Shown here: one piece after another, positions 1-13,931 of the stretch | How positions within the stretch are numbered: the first letter of the stretch is position 1 | Layout: the number at the start of each line of letters is the position of its first letter | Origin: Squalus acanthias | Taxonomy: Eukaryota | Direction of reading: 5' to 3' | Assembly: GCA_030390025.1 (NCBI GenBank) | Contig: CM059432.1 | Location: forward strand, 132,620,001 to 132,684,000 | Length of the DNA: 64,000 bases | Translations under genes and position numbers: made by a program | The notes under the pieces: generated by a model | What the model was told of the DNA's origin: nothing | The model's database searches: none | What the model saw: only the letters and a program-made list of their open reading frames with translations

Positions 1-160
1 TGCCAGTGGAAACAGTTTCTCCTTATTTACTCTATCAAAACCCCTTATAATTTTGAACACCTCTATTGAATCTCCCCATAACCTTCTCTGCTCCAACGAG
101 AACAATCCCAGCTTCTCGGGTCTCTCCACATAACTGAAGTCCCTCATCCTTGTGTCATTC
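1..160 (-). mobile_element. CR1/HER1 LINE fragment (3' part of ORF2)
   Basis: Reverse complement resembles the '[30 protein letters not shown]' region of the CR1 at ~7590-7730. Confidence 0.75.
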
Positions 161-1116
161 TGATGATGATGATACCACAAACAACATCCCACAATTCACA
201 GTCCATGGACACCACTTTTATGGGGCTCACCATCAGACTTCCACTTAACCCCTAGACAGTTGTCTTTTATGAAGATTAAACAAAAAATTATGAATCTATG
301 TGTACTTGCGTGGCTTCAGCATGTGATCTCAATACACATAATCGCATGGCGTATGCATGTGTACTTTAACCATTTTGCGCATTTGTTGGTTAATGGCAAA
401 ACGAAAAGCAGAAGTGGGGGTGTTTATTGATCGTTGGGAGTCCTTTACTGAATGGTGGTACATGATTATTAATTTAATACACACATGTGAAGTACAATTA
501 CTGCATTGTGTGAGTAAGTAAGGAGATTTTCTACTAAAATGAGTGCATGTGGCTAACATGATATTGTCATATGTGGCTAGCCAGCAATTTCTATTGGACA
601 ACACTGCATTAGCTTAAGGTGGTTCAAAGAGGTCAGTGTGGGGTTTCAGATGCCCCAGACTAGAGATTCAAACTGAGAATGGTAGGTACAGAGATCAGCG
701 AGTCTGCCTTCAAACTGAAGTGGACCACCAGGTGCACAATGTTCTGGTCACCATGCACACTATATTGCAAGGGAAGCTGGGCAGAATGGAGGCAACCAAT
801 GCAAAGATGTTGGCACAGAATTTCCTGCAATGGCGAGAGCGGCGATGCATGCCACAAATTTTGTTGTTTTACATGGTGATCTCGCCGTTGCGAACTTACT
901 CCAAAATTTCCTGGTTTTGTAATTTGATACGGGCATAGCGGCAAATCAGAAGTTGGACAGCAGATGGCCAACGTCTCCTACATCCGAAGCAAAGTTTTTT
1001 GCATCACAGGAAATCGCAAGCTATGTTAGCAATACCAGAATATTTGTATGACAACATTAAAGTGTAATAAATGAATAGTACATCCTACATTGACCATTTT
1101 CTGAAATGTATATACT

Positions 1117-1418
1117 GTAGAATCCTAGAATGGTTACAGCACAGAAGGAGGCCATTCGGCCCGTTGAGCCCGTGCTGGCTCTCTGCAAGAGCACTTCAGC
1201 TAGTCCCACTCCCCCGCCCTTTCCCCGTAGCCCTGCAATTTTTTTCCTTCAGGTACTTATCCAATTCCCTTTTGAAAGCCACGATTAAATCTGTCTCCAC
1301 CACCCTCTGAGGCAGTGCATTCCAGATACTAACCACTCGCTGCGTAAAAAAGTTTCCCTCATGTTGCCTTTGGTTCTTCTGCCAATCACCTTAAATCTGT
1401 CTCCTCTGGTTCTCGACA
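1117..1418 (-). mobile_element. CR1/HER1 LINE 3' end
   Basis: Contains the CR1 3' tail (GAATGGCCTCCTTCTGTGCTGTAACCATTCTAGGATTCTA on minus); similar to 7740-7990. Confidence 0.85.
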
Positions 1419-3222
1419 TCAGTTTTATCGTATTACCACAATGTGGTAATGGGTGTGTTTTATCATCTAACTAAAAACTATTTTGTGAATTAAAAGTATT
1501 TAAATTGATTATCTTATTGCAAAGAGGAAACAGAAGTTGTGCATGAATATTTTAAATGTTCCTTCCTGGATTTCTTGGCATGATCACATGGAATGATGCA
1601 GAAACAGATTTTTATGCGTTCGGTGGATAAAACTCCCAATCACTTGCCACCTATTTACAAGCGGTTACTTACAACATCAAGATTTAATTTCCAGAATAAA
1701 ATACACAATTTTACATTGAACGAATATGGAACTTGGAAACAAATTTGCTTAACTGGCAGCATACAGTGGAATATTCTAGTATTAATGGAATATTCTATTT
1801 TTCAATGTTGGTTCTGGAAATTGTGTCGGTGTTAGATAGGAATGCCCAGGTAGGCAGGCAGGCAAACAAACCTATAGGAGTGTGTTTGAATTATATGCTG
1901 GTGAAATAGACCCGAGCTGCATCATACTGCCTGCGTTCTTATTAACGGAATCTTGGACTGACACAACGCTTAAGGACTTGGAGCCATAGTTTGAAGCTTA
2001 CTGACTGGCTGCAATTTCTGTATCCCCCACCACCCGCCAGCTCCCCAAATTCCCTTGATTGCACATGTTTGCTCTATTCAGTCCTCGAGACCCAGACAAA
2101 TTTACTAATAAACCTTGCAGACTCTGAATTAACATAAATTAGACTTTGAGACCGAGCACAATCAATAACAAGTGAATTGTTCTGATTTTGGTGAAAGAAA
2201 TGATTTTATTGATATCATTTGATACTATTCAACAACAGCTTGCATTTATATATCACCTTTAAGGTAATAAAACATCCCAGGATGCTTCACAGGAGCGTTA
2301 AAGTAATTTTGTATTGGTATGGAGTAAGCACTGGATCTTATCCCATCGCCTCTATAGTAAGATTCATTTTGTGGGGTTCCAGGGGTTCATCAAAGATTTT
2401 TAATAAAACAGAAAAGAAAAAAATGCCTCAAACTCCCAGCTTTGGCAATTTTCACGTGGATTTGTAATTGTGAAAGGCCCACCTAAACCATTACTTTTCA
2501 GTCCAAGTGGCAGTGGTGATAAAAGTAGCAGGAAATTTGTGATTGCCATTAATTTAAATAGGGTAGAGCTATGATAATTAATTTCTCATTGTTTCAACAA
2601 GGGTAATGGCGGAACGGTGCAAAAGCCCCAGGAAATTATGGCGTGGTGTCGTTAATGGCGCAAGTCACTTACGCCATAATTTCCTCTTTTGCGCTGTACA
2701 ATGTAGATGCGCCATGACAACGACGCAAGTCTCCAGGGCCTATGCCTTAATACGCACATTTCAGAGAGAATTATCTGGTACCAGACAGACTAGTGAGACA
2801 TTATTTCACTTTGACACTATAGATTCTTTTAACCGACATTTACATTTTCTCGAATCCTCCATTGGTCCCACTCCTCAAAAAAGGTGACAGCTGCCTTTGG
2901 ATAATCTTTAAATGCTACTCTGCTGTTATTGGGTCTCAATAAGATCTGATCACCTTAGTACCAACTTGGAGCTATACTTAAAGATAACAGTCTGCAGATC
3001 TCTGGAACACCCAGAAAGTGCTATATGCTTCCTCAAGTACAATCAACCCTTCCAGGTAATGAGCTTAATTGTGTTTTTTCTTTAATAGCACTGGCAACCT
3101 ATTTCTGACTGTTGGAACGTGTAATCTCTGGCCCCAACAAACGAACATGTTGACTTTGTTTCCAGGTATCATTCTACTACCTGATAAATTTCCAAGTGGA
3201 ACTTTGCCACCAAAATCAGATA

Positions 3223-3554
3223 CAGGAAACTTTCGTTTATCCGGCACCGACGGGACCGGCGTGGTGCCGGTTGATCGAAAGTGCCGGATTACAGAGAGGT
3301 ATACTTACCAAGGTACGAGAGCCCCGTACACGGCCACAGGCTGAACAATTGGGACCCGGAGAGGGAAGGTAAACGAGACTCCGGCTTTTTCCTCCGTGGC
3401 GGCGACAGGTCGGAGTCGGAAGAACGTTGACCCCCCTTTCGTGGGGGCGAAAGGTCAGAATCGGGGTCTTGTCTGGATAATAAAACTTACCTGATTTTTG
3501 CCGGTTAAGCGAGAATTCCGGATATTAGGGTGCCGGATAAACGAAAGTTTCCTG
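3223..3554. mobile_element. Tc1/mariner-superfamily (pogo/Tigger-like) MITE
   Basis: Perfect 26-bp TIRs CAGGAAACTTTCGTTTATCCGGCACC, flanked by TA on both sides (3221-3222, 3555-3556); no transposase. Confidence 0.9.
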
Positions 3555-4199
3555 TAGTATGGTGTTCCATTAGTACCCACTGATTATTTGTTCAAACCTC
3601 TGGCTCCAAATGCCTTTGCTAATTTCAAAACCATGAATGCTTATATCCTATAATATCAGTAAAATATTGATTTTATTATTGCAAAAGTGCTGCTACAGTC
3701 CCCAAAAGCTAACCAAAATTTCAAATATATTTAAATTGAATAGAAAGAACTATTTTTTTTTTTTAAATACAAGCGAAATGGGTGTTTTAATGTCCCAAAA
3801 TGGTGCATGAGACAGCTGTCGCTTCTCTTCAGAGATGTTTAGCTGATACTAGGAATCCCTAAAGTTTTTGTGGTCACGTAAACCAATTTGAATCACAAAA
3901 TGTTTATGGGAAAAAAAATGGAACACTTTTTTGCCCTTTCAGTAACTGCAATTCCTAACTTTTAAACAAAAGAATTACACATTTCATAATAACATGATTG
4001 AATTTAACCACAGAATTGTATTAGTGTCTTTTAATACCCTCATTAAAAAAATGTTTACTTCTAGGCCTCAGCCTGTCTCAATTGCCTGGGCTTCAACTGG
4101 ATATTTCCATCAACCTTTCAACCACATCTGTGCATTCTAAGCATGTGCAGGTTGTAGAATTTCACAGCATTCAATTTGAGTAACAGCATGAGATGAAAG

Positions 4200-5256
4200 G
4201 TAGACGGTTGTGTACTAAATTGCAGGAAGTACAAGTAAATCGCTGTTTCACCTGGAAGGGGTGTTTGGGGCCCTGGACAGTGGGAAGAGGGGAGGTGTAA
4301 GGGCATGTGTTGCATCTCCTGCGCTTGCACGGGAAGGTGCCGGGCGAAGGGGAAGGGGTGCTGGGGGCGGTAGAGGAAACATAGAAACTAGGAGCAGGAG
4401 TAGGCCATTCGGCCCGTCGAGCCTGCTCCACCATTCAATATGATCATGGCTGATCATCCAAATCCAGTACCCTGTCCCTGCTTTCTCACACAGAATCCCC
4501 ATCGAGCCTGCACCGACACATATCCCACCCTATCCCCGTAACCCCACGTATTTAATTCCCCCTAACATATCCCATCCTATCCCTGTAACCCCACATATTT
4601 AATCCCCCCCTAACACTAAGGGTCAATTTATCATAGCCAAATCAACCTAACCCGCACATTTTTGGACTAGGAGTGGACTAGGGTGTCGCGGAGGGAGCGG
4701 TCCCTGCAGAATGCTGAAAGGGGAGGTGAGGGGAAGATGTGTTTGGTGGTGGGATCACGCTGGAGGTGGCAGAAATGGCGGAGGATGATCCGTTGAATGT
4801 GGAGGCTGGTGGGGTGAAAGGTGAGGACAAGGGGAACTCTGTCGTGGTTCCGGGAGGGAGGGGCAGGGGTGAGGGCAGAAGTGCGGGAGATAGAACGGAC
4901 ACGGTCGAGGGCCATGTCAACCACAGTAGAGCGGAATCCTCGGTTGAGGAAAAAGGAAGACATGTCGGAAGCACTGGTATGGAAGGTGGCATCGTCAGAG
5001 CAGATGTGGCGGAGACGGAGAAACTGGGAGAATGGAATAGAGTCCTTACAGGAGGCAGGGTGGGAGGAAGTGTAGTCCAGGTAGCTGTGGCAGTCAGTGG
5101 GCTTGTAGTGAATGTTAGTCAATAACCTATCCCCAGAGATGGAGACGGAGAAATCGAGGAAGGAAGGGAAGAGTCGGAGATGGACCATGTGAAGGTGAGG
5201 GAAGGGTGAAAATTGGAAGCATAGTGAATGAAATGTTCTAGTTCAGGGCGAGAGCA
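4200..5256 (-). mobile_element. Penelope-like retroelement fragment (RT C-terminus, linker, start of GIY-YIG), split by a SINE
   Basis: ORFs 4667-5188 (FLDFSV..YKPTD.HSYLDYTSSHP..CKDSIPFSQFLRLRHICS) and 4171-4434 (PC.RRRCNTCP..FTCTS.NLV). Confidence 0.85.
4375..4665 (-). mobile_element. HE1-type V-SINE, 5'-truncated
   Basis: Near-identical reverse complement of ~62231-62517; CR1/HER1-type tail ending (TTTCTATG)n. Confidence 0.85.
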
Positions 5257-7995
5257 ATATGATGTTGATATGATATGGGAATATGATGTTGTGGTGATAA
5301 CGGAGACCTGGCTCAAAAAAGGACAGGATTGGGTACTAAATATTCCTGGATCTCCACATCATGGATATAAGGTGTTCAGGAAAGATAGGGAAGGAAAGTA
5401 AGGAGGTGGGGTGGCAGTATTGATTTCAGAGAATGTTACAGTGCTGGAAAGAGAGGATGTCCTGGAGGGGTCAAGGACAGAATTTATTTGGTTAGAGTTA
5501 AGAAACAAGAGGTGGCATGACACTACTAGGTGTATTCTATAGGCCAGCAACTCGTGCGAAGGATATATAGGAGCAAATTTGCAGGGAAATTACAGAGAGG
5601 TGCAAGAACTATGTAGTGAAATGGATAGTGATAGAGCGAGGAAGAATTTCTGGAGTGTGTTCAGTAGAACTTTCTTGATCAGTTTCCGGCCCAACGATGA
5701 AGGGGGCATTGCTGGATCTGGAGAATGAGGTGGATCAAGTGGAGCAAGTGTCAGTAGGGGAACATTTAGGGAACAGTGATCATAGTATCATAAGATTTAG
5801 ATTAGCTATGGAAAAGGACAGGGAGCAATCTAGAGTAAAAATACTTAATTGGAGGAAGGCCAATTTCAGTTTTTTGAGAATGGATCTGGTCCGGGTAAAT
5901 TGGAATCAAAGATTGGCAGGCAAAACTGTAATCGAAAAATGGGCTGCCTTTAAAGAGGAGATGGTTCGGGTACAGTCAAGGTACATTTCCACGAGGGGGA
6001 ATGGTAGGGCAACCAAAGTCAGAGCTCCCTGGATGACTAAAGAGATAGCGAGTAAGATGAAGCAGCAAAAGGGGGCGTATGACAGATGTCAGGTTGAGAA
6101 TACAAGTGAGAACCAGGTTGAATATAGAAAGTTCAGAGGGGAAGTGAAAAAGGAAATAAGAGGGGCAACGAGAGAGTGTGAGAATAGATTGGTAGCTAAC
6201 ATAAAAGGGAATCCAAAAGTCTTCTATAGGCATATAAATAGTAAACGCGTAGTGAGAGGAGGGCTGGGGCCGATTAGGGACCAAAAAGGAGACCTACTCA
6301 TGGAGGCAGAAGGCATGGCTGAGGTACTAAATGAGTACTTTGCATCTGTCTTTACCAAGGAAGAAGATGCTGCCAAAGTCATAGTGAAAGAGGAGGTAGT
6401 GGAGATACTGGATGGGATAAAAATTGATAAAGAGGTGGTACTAGAAAGGCTAGCTGTACTTAAAGTAGATAAGTCACCAGGACAGCATGGGATGCATCCT
6501 CGGATGCTGAGGGAAGTAAAGGTGGAAATTGCAGAGGTACTGGCCATAATCTTCCAATCCTCCTTAGATACGGGAGTGGTGCCAGAGACTGGAGAATTGC
6601 AAATGTTACACCCTTGTTCAAAAAAGGGTGTAAGGATAAACCCAGCAATTACAGGCCAGCCAGTTTAACCTTGGTAGTGGGGAAGCTTTTAGAAATGATA
6701 ATCCGGGACAAAGTTAATAGTACCTTGGACAAGTGTGGATTAATTAAGGAAAGCCAGCATGGATTTGTTAAAGGCAAATCGTGTTTAACTAACCTGATTT
6801 GAGTTTTTTGATGAGGTAACAGAGAGGGTTGATGAGGGCAATGGGGTTGATGTGGTGTGCATGGATCTCCGAAAGACATTTGATAAAGTGGCACATAATA
6901 GGCTTGCTAGCAAAGTTGAAGCCTCTGGAATAAAAGGGACAGTGGCGGCATGGATACAAAACTGGCTAAGTGACAGGAAACAGAGAGTAGTGGTGAACGG
7001 TTGTTTTTCGGACTGGAGGAAGGTACACAGTGATGTTCTCCAGGGGTCGGTACTAGGACCACTGCTTTTCTTGATATATATTAATGACTTAGACTTGGGT
7101 GTACAGGGCACAATTTCAAAATTTGCAGATGACACAAAACTTGGAAGTATAGTGAACAGTGAAGAGGAGTGATAGACTTCAAGAGGACAGACAGGCTGGT
7201 GGAATGGGCAGACACGTGGCAGATGAAATTTAACGCATAAAAGTGCATAGTGATACATTTTGGTAGGAAGAACGAGGAGAGGCAATATAAACTAAAGAGT
7301 ACAATTCTAAAGGGTGTGCATGAACAGAGAGACCTGGGGGTATATGTGCACAAATCGTTGAAGGTGGCAGGACAGGTTGAGAAAGTGGTTAAAAAAGCAT
7401 ACGAGATCCTGAGCTTCATAAAGAGAGGCATAGAGTACAAAACCAAGGAAGTTATGATGAACCTTTATAAAACACTGGTTCGACCGCAACTGGAGTATTG
7501 TATCCAATTCTGGGCACCGCACTTTAGGAAGGATGTGAAGGCCTTAGACAGGGTGCAGAAAAGATTTACAAAAATGGTTCCAGGAATGAGGGACTTCAGT
7601 TACGTGGATAGACTGGAGAAGCTGGCGTTGTTCTCCTTAGAGCAGAGAAGGTTGAGAGGAGATTTGATAGAGGTGTTCAAAATCATGAGGGGTCTAGACA
7701 GAGTAGAGAGAAACTGCTCCCATTGGCGGAAGGGTCAAGAACCAGAGGACACAGATTTAAGGTGATTGGCAAAAGAACCAAAGGCGACATGAGGGAAAAC
7801 CTTTTTACGCAGCGAGTGGTTAGGATCTGGAATGCAGTGCCTGAGAGGGTGGTGGAGGCAGATTCAATCGTGGCTTTCAAAAGGGAATTGGATAAGTACC
7901 TGAAGGAAAAAAAAATTGCATGGGAAAGGGACTATCTGACGTGCTGTTGCAGAGAGCTGGCACAGGCGCGACGTGCTGTGATTCTATGATTCTAT
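5257..7995 (+). mobile_element. CR1/HER1 LINE, degenerate ORF2 (APE endonuclease + RT) with 3' tail
   Basis: ITETWL and SDH endonuclease motifs; KSPG..GMHPR, QGSVLGPLLF and KFADDTKL RT motifs across frameshifted ORFs 5697-7989; TTCTATGA-type tail. Confidence 0.95.
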
Positions 7996-8364
7996 ACGGG
8001 TTGGGGAGGAGGCAGTTGGACAGGAATGTGTTGGCAGTGGTGGGTTTGGACCAAATAGTTTGAACGGGACCATGGGCAGTTTGAGGCACATTCCCCTGAT
8101 CCTGTCCATCTCAAAAGGCAGCTAGGGACAGCTTCCCCTCAGACCCCAGCAACCCCAATATTCCAATGTCTGCCCATGCTCTGAACTCCCCTGAGTGTTG
8201 CTGGACCCTCGGAATGCCGCTCAATGCTCACAAACCCTTAAGAGTGCATTTCCAGTGCTTTCTGATCCCAGAACCATCCCCAAATGTTCTGAGATGCAGA
8301 GACAGCCCTCCTCAATGCTCCAAGATCCTCTCTCCCAGTGCTCCTAGGCTACACCCAACAATTA

Positions 8365-9960
8365 TATAGAATATACAGCACAGAAACAGGCCATTAAGCC
8401 CAACCAGTCCATGCCAGCGTTTATGCCCCACTCGAGCCTCCTCCCATCCTTCCTCATCTAACTATCAGCAAAACCCTCTATTCCCTTCTCCCTCATATGC
8501 TTATCTAGCCTCCCCTTAAATGCATCTATACTATTCAACTCAACCACTCCCTGTGGCAGCAAGTTTCACATTCTCACCACTCTCTGGGTAAAGAAGTTTC
8601 TTCTGAATTCCCTATTTGGTTTCTTGGTGACTATCTTATATTGATGGTCTCTAGTTTTGCTCTTACTCACAAGTGGAAACACTCTGGCCGCAATCTTTTC
8701 AATGGAGGCGGGTTGGGTGCAGGTCAGGTGGTTTCCGGCTTCCAGTCCCGCCCCCAACTGCATCTGGCCCAGACGCGATTTTACGTTGATTGACTTTGGT
8801 AAGCCCGCCCTACGGGCTTGCCGCCCAATTAAGAGGAAGCTGGTCAGATGACGTCATTTGATGACGCACCATCTGCTGGTTTTCTTAAAGGGACCACGCA
8901 CAATTTTTTTTTTGACCACTCAGTGTTTGACAGCATTGAGGTGCTGCAAACACTGACAATCACTGTACAAAGGTGAGCTCTTGCACCCAGGCTCTCCAAT
9001 GACTCCCTCCATAGGCTGGAATAGATGGCAGCTGCAGGTGAGGTGACAGAAGCGATCTGTCACTGGTGAGAGAGGTTCTCCCAATGAGGTGGCACTGGAC
9101 ATGGATTTCAAAACTTGTTACCTAAAGAAATGTGTAAATGCATTAAAAATGAATTTCCCAACATTTTCTTACCTCTGAGACTTATCAGTGTACCATTGGA
9201 TCCTTCACACCACTTCTGCAGCTGTCATCAATCCAGAAACATTACAGCAGACTCACAATACGCCACACTTACCTGGCGTGGTGTCCGGATGTCGGGAAAC
9301 CCGAGGCAGAAGCGGCAAAATTTAAAAAAATAGCCTGTCAACTACTACCAACTACCTGTTAATAGGCAGGTAATTGGCTTTAATCCTCTTCCCGCCACTA
9401 GGTGTCGGGTCCATGTGCAAGTCGGGGACCCGACACTTGGGAAAATTGTTTGGAGGCGGGTTGACGGCGGGACCGCAACCCGCCATCAATCAAAACTATT
9501 TTATCCTTTGACCCGCCTCCAAACCCGCCTTCCGAGTGCCGATAAAATCGCGGCCTCTCTCTGTGTCTACTCTATCAAAACCTTTCACAATCTTAAAGAC
9601 CTCTATTAGTTCACCCCTCAGTCTTTTCTTTCGAGAGAATAGAGACCCAGCCTGTTCGTCCTTTCCCGATAGGTATAACCTCGCATTTCTGGTATCATCC
9701 TTGTAGTAAATCTTTTTTGAACCCTCTCCAGTGTCTCTATATCCTTTTTATAATATGGCAACTAGAATTGTACACAGTGCTCCAAGTCTGGTTTAACCAA
9801 GGTTCAATACAAGTTTAGCATAACTTCTCTACTTTTCAATTCTATCTCTCAAGAAGTAAACCCTGGTGCTTGTTTTGCTTTGTCTTTTAAATAGCCTTAT
9901 TAACCTGCATCGCTACCTTTAGGTGATTTGTGTATTTGTACTCCCGAGATTCCTCTGGAT
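8365..9960 (-). mobile_element. CR1 LINE 3' fragment interrupted by a Harbinger MITE
   Basis: RRNFFTQRVVRMWN region (8566-8680) and tail; LINE sequence resumes at 9556. Confidence 0.8.
8686..9555. mobile_element. PIF/Harbinger-like non-autonomous element
   Basis: Imperfect TIRs GGCCGCAATCTT / AAAATCGCGGCC; 3-bp TCT on both sides; cleanly splits a CR1; internal TGACGTCA (8849) and CTTAAAGGG. Confidence 0.75.
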
Positions 9961-11032
9961 CTCGGAGTGCAAATACACAATGTTGATAAGTCAGTGACGC
10001 TGTTCTTATAAAATCCCCAACTCACCAGGGGCATTGCTGAGAGGTCTGCTATTATATTGTGTTCTGTTTAGTTGGTTAACATGGTACAACTACTGAACTG
10101 ATGTCTCGGTTACACCAGTATATGAAGGAGAGTTGTATCAGCCCAGTAAGAGCAGCTGTTCAGTACAATTTTGCAATTGCATAGTAGAGCTACCAATTGA
10201 TTTACTTACGAGCACTATCCATGGCTTTTTGCAAACGACTAAAGTATACAGCCTTAGTTTTGATCAGTTTACCACAACCCTAATATGTGGAAAACATTAA
10301 GACACAACTTCATGGCTATGAACGTTATACATCATGAAATTGTCAAACAACTGAAATCATGTTTGGTTTGCAACAAAACCCAGGTTTCCATATAAGCATT
10401 TAGCTATAAAATACAAAATACAGCTCTAAGAAGTTTATATTAAAATTTTAGACTTTTATGCAAACCAACAAACTGCTCCACCTAATCAACATTTAGTTGA
10501 GCCCAAATCATTATTTTCATATCCAACAAAAAAACGGATATGATTGCCAACTTTACACATCTCTGAATTGTGTCAGGAATGGGGAAAGCATTTTTAAAAC
10601 CCTTTTTTAACTCTTTACCAGTACATCCCTTGTGAAAAACATTAGTTTGTACAGAGTAGTAAAAAAAAAAAGGAAAGAGCAAGATGAGGCATGGCTACAT
10701 CAATGGTTAACTTTAGTACAACTAAAGCTTAGCATGGTGTATTTATATCAAATTGTGCATCATAAACTGAATAAAAAGACAATTAAATTGTAAAGATGGA
10801 GTTCTTCACAGATAAGACTTAAAATGGAAGGCACTTTGCAATAATCTGATTTTTAAAATCCAACTATATTACGTGTTGCAGCTTTAAAGAGCATGTCTTG
10901 CTCCAAATACAAACTGCAGAACACAAAGGTTATTTAATAAACTTTCATTCATTTGAAATTGGTCTATACTGTAATGCTTTTAACAAGCTACTGAAATAAC
11001 CGGCCAACCAGGTGGGGACTGAAATCACTTAC

Positions 11033-11130
11033 CATTTCTGAATTTGAGCCATTATGTAGTTTCATAGCTTTCTCTTGTACATTTCCAATAGCTGCATCAG
11101 CGCAGAGTGCCATCGTTATAAGTGCTATCC
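11033..11130 (-). CDS. SLC35B3: SLC35B3 exon: GIALITMALCADAAIGNVQEKAMKLHNGSNSEM
   Basis: 98 bp; TTCTCTAG| acceptor, |GTAAGT donor; motif ALCADA.IGNVQEKAMKLHN.SNSEM. The next expected exon (VLYSYSIGF...) was not found in 1-11032. Confidence 0.96.
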
Positions 11131-11649
11131 CTAGAGAACAGAAGGTTGTCAAATTAAGCGTAAGAAAATCAAAATCATTCACTTTGGTGAAACATGACGT
11201 GCTTCCATTAATTCATCAGTTATTAAAACAACACTTCAGATATTTGTTTCAGTAACTTTTCCTTTTGGCAAGGCCAAAAAGAAGCTTCACGATTAAGCTG
11301 CTCATGTGATGCAAAGAAGTATTAATATCTCATCTTCGTTAAAAGAACACTCTCCTCAGATAAGACCTGGATTTAGCAAGAGGGCCAATGTTTTACTACA
11401 ACATCTTGAATAAAACTAGGCAATATTTATACAACTTAGAACGTCTATAGTAACTTACTTTGTAATTAATACTTGATCAGCCTAAAACGTCAGCAAGTAA
11501 TAAAGCAATGCTGGCATCAGTGGCTGTGGAGATAGATGCGGACAAACAGCCATGAGAATATTAAGAGGGAGGAGGAGGCAGCAAATAGCTTTCTTTTTAA
11601 AAAAAATATATATAAAATCTGAAATATATTGCAATATTGAAGGGACAAA

Positions 11650-12810
11650 GCAAGCACACCATTTATAGACAGTAAACCCTTCGTGCCTTTAAAGCAGAAA
11701 AACATCCTAAGGCTCTTCACGGGTATAATCTGATAAAAATGGAAGCCGAGCCAAAGGAGATATTTATGGGGTGACTAAAAATTTGGTGAAAGAGGTTGGT
11801 TTTAAAGGAGGGTCTTAAAGGAGGAGAGGAAGTTGGAGATGCCGGGGGGGGGGGGGGGTGGTTTAGGCAGGGAGTTTGAGTGTGGGGCCTAGTTGGCTGA
11901 AGTCACAGCCACCAATGGTGGGGCAAAGGGACGCACAAGAGGCCAGAGTAGGAGGAGTGGAGAATTTGAGGGTTGTAGGGCTGCAGGAGGAATGTCATGA
12001 AGGGTTTTAAAAATAAGGACGAGAATTTTAAATTGGAAGTGTTGGGGAACCAGGACCCAATCTGGGTGAGCAAGGACAGGAGCGATGAGTGAGAGGGACT
12101 TGGTGCAGGATAGTATAGCCAGCAGATTTTTGGATGAGCTGAAGAGGAGACTGGCCATGTTAATATTGAAATAGTCAAGTCTGGAGGTGACAAAGGCATG
12201 GAGAAGAGTTTAAGCAACAGATGAGCTGAGGAAGGAACAGAGGCTACTAATGTTATAGAGGTGGAAGTAGCTGGCTTTTGTGATGTTATAGGGTCAGAAG
12301 CTCAGTTCAGGGTCAAATAGCAACCCGGTGTTATGAACAGTCTGGTTCAACCCGAGACAGTTTCCATGGAAAAGAATCAGTGGCAAGGGTAAGGAGTTTG
12401 TTGCGAAGGCCAAAGACAATGGCATCAGTCTTTCCAATGTTTAACTAGAGGAAATTGCGGCTCAACAAAGATTGGGTGTCACTCAAGCCGTCTGACAACA
12501 CAGGGGCAGTGGAGGGGTTGAGAGAGCTGGTGGAGAGGTAGAGCTGGATGTTGACAGCATACATGTGGAAGTTAACCCCATGTCTTTGGATGATGTTGCC
12601 AAGGGGCAGCATACAGATGAGGAAGAGGGGGCAAAGGATAGATCCTTAGGGAATTCCAAAGTTAACAGTGCGGGGTCTTGAGAGAAGCCATGACTGGAGA
12701 TAATTTGGCTACAATTGGATAGCTAAGCACGGAAGTCAGAGTCCCATTGAGCTGAACAATGGAGGAAAGGTGTTGGAGGAGGATGGTGTGGTCAATCGTG
12801 TCAATGGCGT
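11650..12810 (-). mobile_element. L2-clade LINE 3' fragment (decayed RT C-terminus + tail)
   Basis: Minus-strand decayed 'QFKILVLIFKTLH' segment typical of L2 ORF2 C-termini; L2-like tail near 11650-11720. Confidence 0.7.
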
Positions 12811-13823
12811 GTTGGGGGTTGCTGTTCATAAGGCAATAATGGGTGCCTCAATAGGTCCTTCGGAGAATGCCGAGAGAGGCACAGAAGCCACTGTTAGGCC
12901 CCTGACCACAAGGTGACTGCAGGTTCCTCCCCACCGCCACCCCATTAGTTTACTCTAGCTTCTATTGGTTCAACTGACTTTTGTCTAGAAGGCTAGTTTT
13001 ATCCCATAACATCACACACCACTGTACTTAGAAGGCAGAATTTTGCTTCACAAGGCAAAACTGTCCAGTACAAATCCGATTTACTCAGGATTATACGGCT
13101 GCCAAGGCATTTTACTCCTCCAAGGAAACTGCTGGTCAGTGAAAATGCAGGTGCTTCTGTTTTATTTTGTGTGTCAGTGATACCAAAATAGTAGCAAGTA
13201 TATGTTAGGAAAGCAAATTTGGTCTCTGAAGTGACTGTCAGCCACTCTATCAACCCTCAGGCACTTGACCTCATGTGTATTCACCATCTGAAACTTAATA
13301 CTCAGTATATCAAAACAGTTTATACAAATAATGTCCAAATTCCAAGAAGCTACCAGCAAGGTTTACAGCCAATACTGAACAGGCATGTTTTTTTTTCAAA
13401 AATGCACTTATGTACTTTTAAACACTCAAACCTTCTGGAAACAAGTTAACTATTCAAAGCCTTAATTGTACTCCCATTTTGTTTGTATGATGAAAAATTT
13501 GTGTACGTATCAGTGCCTTTAGGAGATACAATATTACATGCCGAGTTTCAGCCCAATTCTACAAATGCTGATTCAGTAGTTTAAAAGATGTATACAGCGA
13601 AAAGTCACTGTAATTGATGGACACAAGAAGAATTGGACGGTAAAAAGGAATTCAAGATAAGCTGAAAATATTATCAAGTTCCAAAGATCCAGTTTAAACA
13701 TAAATGCAATAAATCAGATCCAAGTGCTTAAGTGCACAAGTTCTCAACTGTTAAATATTAGACTCTATTACACAACACAAGTACTCAACAAGAGTTTTTC
13801 TCAACAGAAATTACATGCCTTAC

Positions 13824-13931
13824 CTGTCACATTGAAATTAGGTGTCACTTTGCTATCAGCCAAAGTGAACCAAATCAGACCAAAGCTCATACAAAATGCA
13901 GCAGACACATCTACAATATTGTAGCGTTTCC
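13824..13931 (-). CDS. SLC35B3: SLC35B3 exon: GKRYNIVDVSAAFCMSFGLIWFTLADSKVTPNFNVT
   Basis: 108 bp; ACAG| acceptor, |GTAAGG donor; phase 1-1; matches PAPST2. Confidence 0.96.

Noticed and set aside
10100..10200. Possible next SLC35B3 exon (VLYSY...)
   Set aside because: Minus-strand translation does not match PAPST2 and I could not fit splice sites. The exon is presumably outside the window.
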